This document shows positions 55,933 to 64,000 of a stretch of 64,000 bases of DNA, piece by piece. A program made the translations under genes and the position numbers. This stretch comes from Octopus sinensis (Eukaryota): assembly GCF_006345805.1 (NCBI RefSeq), contig NW_021832375.1, positions 248,001-312,000 on the forward strand, read 5' to 3'. The notes under the pieces were generated by a model. It was not told the DNA's origin and searched no databases. It saw only the letters and a program-made list of their open reading frames with translations. Position 1 is the stretch's first letter, and each line of letters opens with the position of its first letter.

Positions 55933-57519
55933 ACGCACATCACAATTTTCTTTTGTCGATATGTGACCTGTTGTTCTCTGTATCTGTAATAATACACCAA
56001 ATTAATTTTCTCATATTCATTTCCGATATAATTGTAATTGACACACTCTGAAAGGCATTTATAGAAAATTCCATTAAAAATTTACTAATTTTCTGAAAGT
56101 TGTGAAAAAAGCCAGACGCCTTGTGTGAATTTTCCAAAACTCCCCACATCGAAGAAGGAAAAATGTTTTCATCAAATATTTCGATATAATCGCAATTTAC
56201 AGCATCAGAAGCTCAGTTTTAGAAAATATAATTTAAAATCTCCATTTTCTGGAAGCTCTGAGGCAGGAAATTCGGGTGTCAAACATCTGAAGCAATACCG
56301 AAAGGCATTTAATATCTTCACACTGAACTCCTTCATAACCGTCGAGATGCGTCAATTTCCGTCGATTTCCGTTCTCGTAGCTGTTTCCCCGCAACACAGC
56401 TCCGTCACACATCCATGGGACCGGCCTGCGATGAGTAAAAACAGTGTGTCGAGATGTTTCGGTGGTAGAGGCGTCGTCACTATGAGCTGAATTGTTCTCC
56501 GTTAGATGGCATTCACTTGTTTCCTGTTCTATTCTCATCACTTCCGGTCTGATCCCTTTCCTTCTCGAAGTTTACTTTCACATTTTTGCAGCTTAAAATA
56601 GGACGACAACCAGTGCACGGTTGCACTAAACTGCACTTTCTTTGCATATTCTTGCTCCCTTCTCTTTGTAGTGGACAGTCAATGGCTAATCTTTGCAGTT
56701 ATCTGACCAAATGCCAATTATAAAATAGAAACTATTAGATTTAGGCAAATGTCCGTGCGTCGTGTTAAAATAATGATTGTTTTATGCAAGAATTTATTCA
56801 AAAGCAACAAATATTCTTCAAAATAAAGACCAAACGCACGAACTTTTTCCTCAACTTAATAAATAAATTTTGAAGCAATTAAAGAAATCAGAGGTTTCAT
56901 TTAGTATCCGATGTTTGGCTGCTATTTCTAGCAGCTGCATCCACAATAGGTGCAGGGTGCAGTGTGAAGATTACGAGGAGGAAATTAAGGGCTAAGAATT
57001 GCAATATTAAACCCTTCGATCTATTATTTACATTCAATCATTTTTGGAAATCTTCAAATTCTGCGCAAGAAAAAAATACAATTTAAAGCGAAAAGGGATG
57101 CAATAAGAGTTATTGTTCTTACCCTTTCAACGTTGACTCCTCCCACCACTTTGCATAATGTAGACTGACTCCGCCTATTTTGCTTTCTTTATTAACTCAT
57201 ACCCTTCCCCTATTACTAAATATATATCGTCCAATAAGCGCGCTCTCACTCTTTGTCTCTTTCTCTTCGCCTCCCTCGCCCACCTCCTCATATATTACCC
57301 AATGCTTCCCCCTCCCTTGCTTTTACTCTTAATTCCCTCTGTCTGTACCTCACTGAACCTTTAATGCATTTTCATACTCTTTCTCTCCCCCCTACAAAAC
57401 ATATCCTCCCACTTCTCCCTCTCTGTCTCCTTTCTCTCAGAACCTCATTATATATTCATTTCAATCACCGCCCACCTCCCTTGCAAAAGCGTTCACCTCT
57501 TCCTCTCCCTCACTAACTG

Positions 57520-57960
57520 TCTCTCTCTCTCTCTCTCACGCATTCTGTCTCTCTCTCTCTCTCCCACTCTCATTCTTTCTCTGCTTCCTCATACATTAAT
57601 ATATCCCTCCCCTTCGCTAGGCTTTCTCTCTCTCACTCTTTCTTCCTTTCTTTCTCTCTCTCTCTCTCCCACTCTCATTCTTTCTCTGCTTCCTCATACA
57701 TGAATATATCCCTCCCCTTCCCTAGGCTTTCTCTCAATCACTCTTTCTTCCTTTCTATCTCTCTCTCTCTCTCTCTCACGCATTCTTTCTCTCTCTCTCT
57801 CTCACGCATTCTGTCTCTCTCTCTCTCTCCCACTCTCGTTCTTTCTCTGCTTCCTCATACATTAATATATCCCTCCCCTTCCCTAGGCTTTCTCTCTCTC
57901 ACTCTTTCTTCCTTTCTTTCTCTCTCTATCTCCCCCACCTCCTTATATCTTACCCTCTCC
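57520..57960. repeat. CT-rich degenerate tandem repeat (3 copies of a ~95-bp unit)
   Basis: cccactctc.ttctttctctgcttcctcatacat.aatatatccctccccttc.ctaggctttctc recurs three times. Confidence 0.75.
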
Positions 57961-58195
57961 CTCTTCCTCTCCTTTTATCCCTAAGAAACCTTACTTTCTT
58001 ACAAATAAATTATATTTTCAGATTTACCTTCAAATTTCTCTCTCGCTAATTATTTTACCAGAAGCTAATTATTTAACTAACCATTAATTACATAATTACT
58101 GTGTAGTTCTTAATTGAGCAAATTAAATAGCCGAGACATTGACGGACAATTTAAGAAGCATTTATTCAAAGAATCCTCCTACACCTGGTTTGACA

Positions 58196-59433
58196 TCATG
58201 CTAGAAATAACAGCCCACTACACTCAAAGTTGCTTTGTTTTTCATACGAAATTGAAAGACAATTTAAGAAGCATTTATAAAACTTTTTCCCGGATCTGGT
58301 CAGACTTCTTCCTCGAAAGAGAAACCAAGTGAAGAAGCGTCTATAAAACGTATTGGTGGTCTGGTATCTTGCTAGAAATAACAGCCCACTACACTCAAAG
58401 TTGCTTTGTTTTTCATACGAAATTGAAAGACAATTTAAGAAGCATTTATAAAACTTTTTCCCGGATCTGGTCAGACTTCTTCCTCGAATGAGAAACCAAG
58501 TGAAGAAGCGTCTATAAAACGTATTGGTGGTCTGTTATCGTGCTAGAAATAACAGCCCACTACACTCAAAGTTGCTTTGTTTTTCATACGAAATTGAAAG
58601 ACAATTTAAGAAGCATTTATAAAACTTTTTCCCGGATCTGGTCCGACTTCTTCCTCGAAAGAGAAACCAAGTGAAGAAGCGTCTATAAAACGTATTGGTG
58701 GTCTGGTATCTTGCTAGAAATAACAGCCCACTACACTCAAAGTTGCTTTGTTTTTCATACGAAATTGAAAGACAATTTAAGAAGCATTTATAAAACTTTT
58801 TCCCGGATCTGGTCAGACTTCTTCCTCGAATGAGAAACCAAGTGAAGAAGCGTCTATAAAACGTATTGGTGGTCTGTTATCGTGCTAGAAATAACAGCCC
58901 ACTACACTCAAAGTTGCTTTGTTTTTCATACGAAATTGAAAGACAATTTAAGAAGCATTTATAAAACTTTTTCCCGGATCTGGTCAGACTTCTTCCTCGA
59001 ATGAGAAACCAAGTGAAGAAGCGTCTATAAATGTATTGGTGGTCTGTTATCTTGCTAGAAATAACAAGCCACTACACTCAAAGTTGCTTTGTTTTTCATA
59101 CGAAATTGAAAGACAATTTAAGAAGCATTTATAAAACTTTTTCCCGGATCTGGTCAGACTTCTTCCTCGAATGAGAAACCAAGTGAAGAAGCGTCTATAA
59201 ATGTATTGGTGGTCTGTTATCTTGCTAGAAATAACAAGCCACTACACTCAAAGTTGCTTTGTTTTTCATACGAAATTGAAAGACAATTTAAGAAGCATTT
59301 ATAAAACTTTTTCCCGGATCTGGTCAGACTTCTTCCTCGAATGAGAAACCAAGTGAAGAAGCGTCTATAAATGTATTGGTGGTCTGTTATCTTGCTAGAA
59401 ATAACAAGCCACTACACTCAAAGTTGCTTTGTT
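58196..59433. repeat. Tandem array of ~7.2 copies of a 170-171-bp unit
   Basis: gctagaaata starts at 58200, 58371, 58542, 58713, 58884, 59054, 59224 and 59394. Confidence 0.95.
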
Positions 59434-59607
59434 TAACATGTATGTGTGTGTGATAGAGTGTGTGTGTGCCTGTGTGTGTATGTGCGTCTGTGTGTGTGTT
59501 TATGTGTCTATGTGTGTCTGTATGCACGTATGTGTCTGCATGTATGTGTATAGAGCATGTATCTACCAATACCTCTGAATATATGCACGCAGTGTCAATA
59601 TGTATGT

Positions 59608-59668
<61 letters not shown>

Positions 59669-59679
59669 ATTATATATAC

Positions 59680-59747
<68 letters not shown>

Positions 59748-60545
59748 GCATGTGTTTGTGTCTGTATGTGCGTTACAAATGCTTTTCCACGAAAAGAAAT
59801 TAAGGAAAAGAAAATGGGTCAAATGACGGAGCGATTGTGATGACGTTGGTGATATAGTAATATGAGACGCAGACATGAAGGAATGTTTAGAAGTGTTTTG
59901 GCATGGGAGTTATTCTTTACAGAGAGCAGGCAAGCGGTAGTTGGCTGACATATACACACCCTCTGTGACATACAAATATGTACATAGACACTACATTGTA
60001 CATGCACACGGCGACATACACACTACGACATATAGATATACATGATATCAAACACGAACACATACACACACACATAAACACACGCATTCTTATATGAGGA
60101 GATGACGTTGAATATTTTTAAATTGCAGTTGCTCTTAAAGTTAACGGAGCTGACCAAGCGTTCCTGTGACAAACACATTAAACTAAAACTAAAACTCAAC
60201 GATCAACTTTGCTGGTAAATATTTCATTTTTGTTTATATTTTTAAGTAATTATTCTAATTAAAACATGGTTTAATAATTCATTAACATCGTTAAATATCC
60301 ACGAGAACTAGTTCAAACACTATATACACAAATATAGGGATACACATATATCCGCATATATGAAAATGGAGTCATAACCCTGAAATATTGAGTACAAGAT
60401 TATTCTACATTGATGCACATATTTGTTTTCTTGCGACTTACCTTGCATTTACTTCGCATTGTTTTGGTTTTACACACGATCACGTATACGAAATATATAA
60501 GAGAGAGATAATTTTCTTTGAAAATAAATATACATACATACATAA

Positions 60546-60634
<89 letters not shown>

Positions 60635-60879
60635 GTATATGTATGTGTGTATATGTTTGTGTGTCTGTGTTTGTCCACCTAGCATTGTTTGACAACTGAT
60701 GCTGGTGTGTTTACATACCCCTAACTTAGCGGTTCGGCAACAGATACCGATAGAATAAGTACTGGGCTTACAAAGAATAACTCACTGGGTCGATTTGCTC
60801 GACTAAAGGTGGTGCTCTAGAATGGCCGTAGTCAAATGACAGAAACAATTGAATGAGTAAAGAGTAAGAGTATAAATAC

Positions 60880-60888
60880 ATACATACA

Positions 60889-60920
<32 letters not shown>

Positions 60921-61688
60921 GATATACAGACATACATACGGAAATATATACATACATAAATATATCCATACATACATACATACATATAGATATACGGAAT
61001 ACATTCATACATACAGATGTACATACATACATACATACACACATACATACATACATACATACATACATACATACATACATACATACATACATACATACAT
61101 ACATACATAGAGATATACATACATACATACATATAGATATACATACATACAGATATATATACATACATACATACATACAGATATACGTACATACATAGAC
61201 ACATACATACACACAAAAAGATATACAGACATACATTCATACATACATTCATATAGATATACATACATACATACATACATTCGGATACACACACATACAT
61301 TAATAAATACATACATACATACACACCTACACACATACGTACATTCATACATACAGATATACATACCTACAGATATACATACAGATATACACACATACAT
61401 ACATACATACATACATACAAATATACACACATACATACATACACACACATACATACATACATACAAACACACATACATACATACACATACATACATACAT
61501 ATATACATACACACATACATGCTTACATACATACATACACACATACATGCATACATACATACATACATACATTCATAATTACATACATACATATATACAC
61601 ACAAACACATACATACATACACACATACACACATACACACATACGTACATTCATACATACATACATACATGCACACATACATACATAC
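60880..61688. repeat. (CATA)n complex microsatellite between SINE A halves
   Basis: Directly visible; SINE A 3' half at 60655-60870 and 5' half at 61689-61988. Confidence 0.9.
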
Positions 61689-61870
61689 AGGCGCAGGAGT
61701 GGCGGTGTGGTAAGTAGTTTGCTTAACAACCACATGGTTCGGGTTCAGTCCCACTGCGTGGCATCTAGGGCAAGTGTCTTTTGTTATAGCCCCGGGCCGA
61801 CCAATGACTTGTGAGTGGATTTGGTAGACGGAAACTGAAAGAAGCCTGTCGTATATATGTGTATATATAT

Positions 61871-61942
<72 letters not shown>

Positions 61943-62005
61943 CATATGTTGTGTGTCTGTGTTTGTCACCCTAGCATTGCTTGACAACATACATACATAC
62001 ATACA

Positions 62006-62041
<36 letters not shown>

Positions 62042-62729
62042 CATACATATATACAGAAGTTTTAATTGCGTCATTCTGTCTATTTCCATGGCAACAAAGT
62101 TGCATGTTTCTCAGCCAATCAATTTTCATTTTTTTTGTCTAAATCCCTTTTCAAAAGTAAAACGGCCAATCAGAATCTGAAATACTCGTGCAGTTTTGCA
62201 TGCTCAAGATGAAAATCTAGTTTACATTTTCTATGAATTTCAAGCAATTAAATTTCAGATATTTTAGCCAATTAGAAACTCGATTTCCGATCTTGTTTGC
62301 CTTCAACCGTCGAGCTGACGAAATTGTTTGGACACCTAGAAAAATGCTTAGCGGCATTTTGTCCGTTTCAGAGTTCTGTCTTGAAATTCCGCCTAGGTTG
62401 AATATGCCTTTCATTGTTTTTGGTGTCACCAAATTAAGTACCAGTTCAATAATGAGATCGATGTAGTAGAATTAACCACTGCCCCAAATTTCTTGACTAG
62501 TGCCAAATCTTGAAAGCAATAACAATAGGCACAAGGCCTGAAATTTTGGGGGCATGGGTCCTTCGATTACTTCGACGCCACAACTTGACTGGTACTTAAT
62601 GTATCATCCTCGAAAGGATGAAGAGCAACGTTGACCCTGGCGGTATTTGAAGGCAAAACTTTGAGACGGACGAAATGCCGCTAAGCACTTTTGCCTGGTG
62701 TCCTAACGTTTCTGCCAGCTGGCAGCCGT

Positions 62730-63815
62730 AGTAGAAAGAACTATTCCTGAGAAAGGGGAGAAGACAATAGAAATCGTCACGAAGGGCCACTAGAAAGTCG
62801 GTTTTACGATGATCCTGGCTTGCACGGCTGATAGGGGAAAGCTGCTACCGTAGGTAATTTTTAAGAGGAAGATACTATCCAAAGACGCCAAGTTTCAGGA
62901 AGGGGATCATTGTTGAAGCCTACGCGAAAGCTTGGATGGGCTAGGCACTCATCGAGGACTGGTTTCGTGTAGTGTGGGTTCGGCGCATCAGTGGACTGCA
63001 TCAGAGAAGGAGTCTCCTGGTCCTGGACGCATTCAGATGCCACAAGTCAGAAGAAACCAAGGTGAAGATACGTCGTCTGAACATCGACGTAACAATGATT
63101 ACCGGGGGAATGACATCCTTTCTTCAAACCCTTGATGTTGCAATCAGCGAACCGTATAAGTACCGTCTGAAACACCGCTGGGAGTATTGGATGGCCAACG
63201 ACCGGGCGTCCGAAGAAAGACTTGGGGACGATCTGCAAATGGATCCTGCTAGTGGAGGAAATTCCAGACGATCTGCTCGTGGAGGAGATTCCAGAAAAAT
63301 GGGCTTTCCTGAAGTGTTGCATCTCCAATGCGCTCGACGGGAAGATGACATGTTATGGGAAGGCGAAGCTCTCTCTACCGACTCTTCTGACTCCAGCGAT
63401 GACGAGGATGAACTGGCAGACGATCAACCCCACGAGGTCTGACGACGAAGAGTTCTTAGACTTTGAGTGAAGTCTCTACCCATTAGGGTCGGTCCTTTTC
63501 AGGACCACCCATTTTCAAGAAAGAATATAAAGATCGCAATATGAATAAATCATAATAAATACACATAATAAAAAGACGTTCTCTTATTATCTCTTACATT
63601 TAAAACTGGACTTTATCTTCTTCCATTAATAATTATGAGTATCAATGATTGCAGTCGGAAATGTTTGTTAAGTATGAAATCATCATGAAATTGAAGTTTC
63701 TATTCATCTCGCATTTCTCTATTTTCATAAGTCCCAGTTATCTCCCGGTTTCCCCACGTTTTCTCCAGTCGGGGACTGAAAATCGTGAGTGAGGCTTATA
63801 CACTGGCAATTACGG
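62730..63815 (+). mobile_element. pogo/Tc2-family transposon remnant (DDE transposase plus right TIR)
   Basis: FTMILACTAD.GKLLP*VIFK, SLLVLDAFRCH, ITGGMTSFLQTLDVAI, acidic tail; terminus ggcttatacactggcaattacgg/TA. Confidence 0.85.
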
Positions 63816-64000
63816 TACTTATACACAAGAATTTAAGAATAAAAAATAACAGTGAACTGCAAAGATTTATTCATGCGTTTCGTTAAATATGTCTGCCCGA
63901 CTCAACTTGTGGAAAAAAAACCGTATTTTATTGTTCATCAGCTCAACATTTCTAACAAACAAACACATGTCTGAATAGGGGATCTTGCATGCATGAAGTG

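Noticed and set aside
58196-59433. CRISPR array or primate alpha satellite
   Set aside because: No unique spacers or cas genes; only the unit length resembles alphoid DNA.

Overview
AT-rich, repeat-saturated eukaryotic DNA. The SINE/LINE repertoire and microsatellite load strongly suggest an octopod cephalopod (inference, not verified by search). Most ORF-track entries are microsatellite artefacts. Supported content: (1) one host gene or pseudogene on + with a ~4.8 kb terminal exon (44280-49081) encoding tandem NHL-like beta-propeller repeats, broken by three frameshifts and preceded by a duplicated phase-1 micro-exon; (2) fossil transposons: Penelope-like GIY-YIG, CR1, RTE, HERO/NeSL-like and R4/Dong LINEs, Tc1, mariner, pogo, hAT/Buster and a Helitron; (3) four tRNA-derived SINE families; (4) seven copies of a GG-terminated, 8-bp-TSD (Merlin-like) MITE carrying TTAGGG telomere-like repeats; (5) a 171-bp tandem array. 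The most striking signal is at least ten type I hammerhead-ribozyme motifs (two near-intact, at 14111-14175 + and 39314-39390 -). Many lie in short non-coding, outward-facing inverted-repeat elements in or near (TA)n tracts, a Penelope-pLTR/retrozyme-like system.
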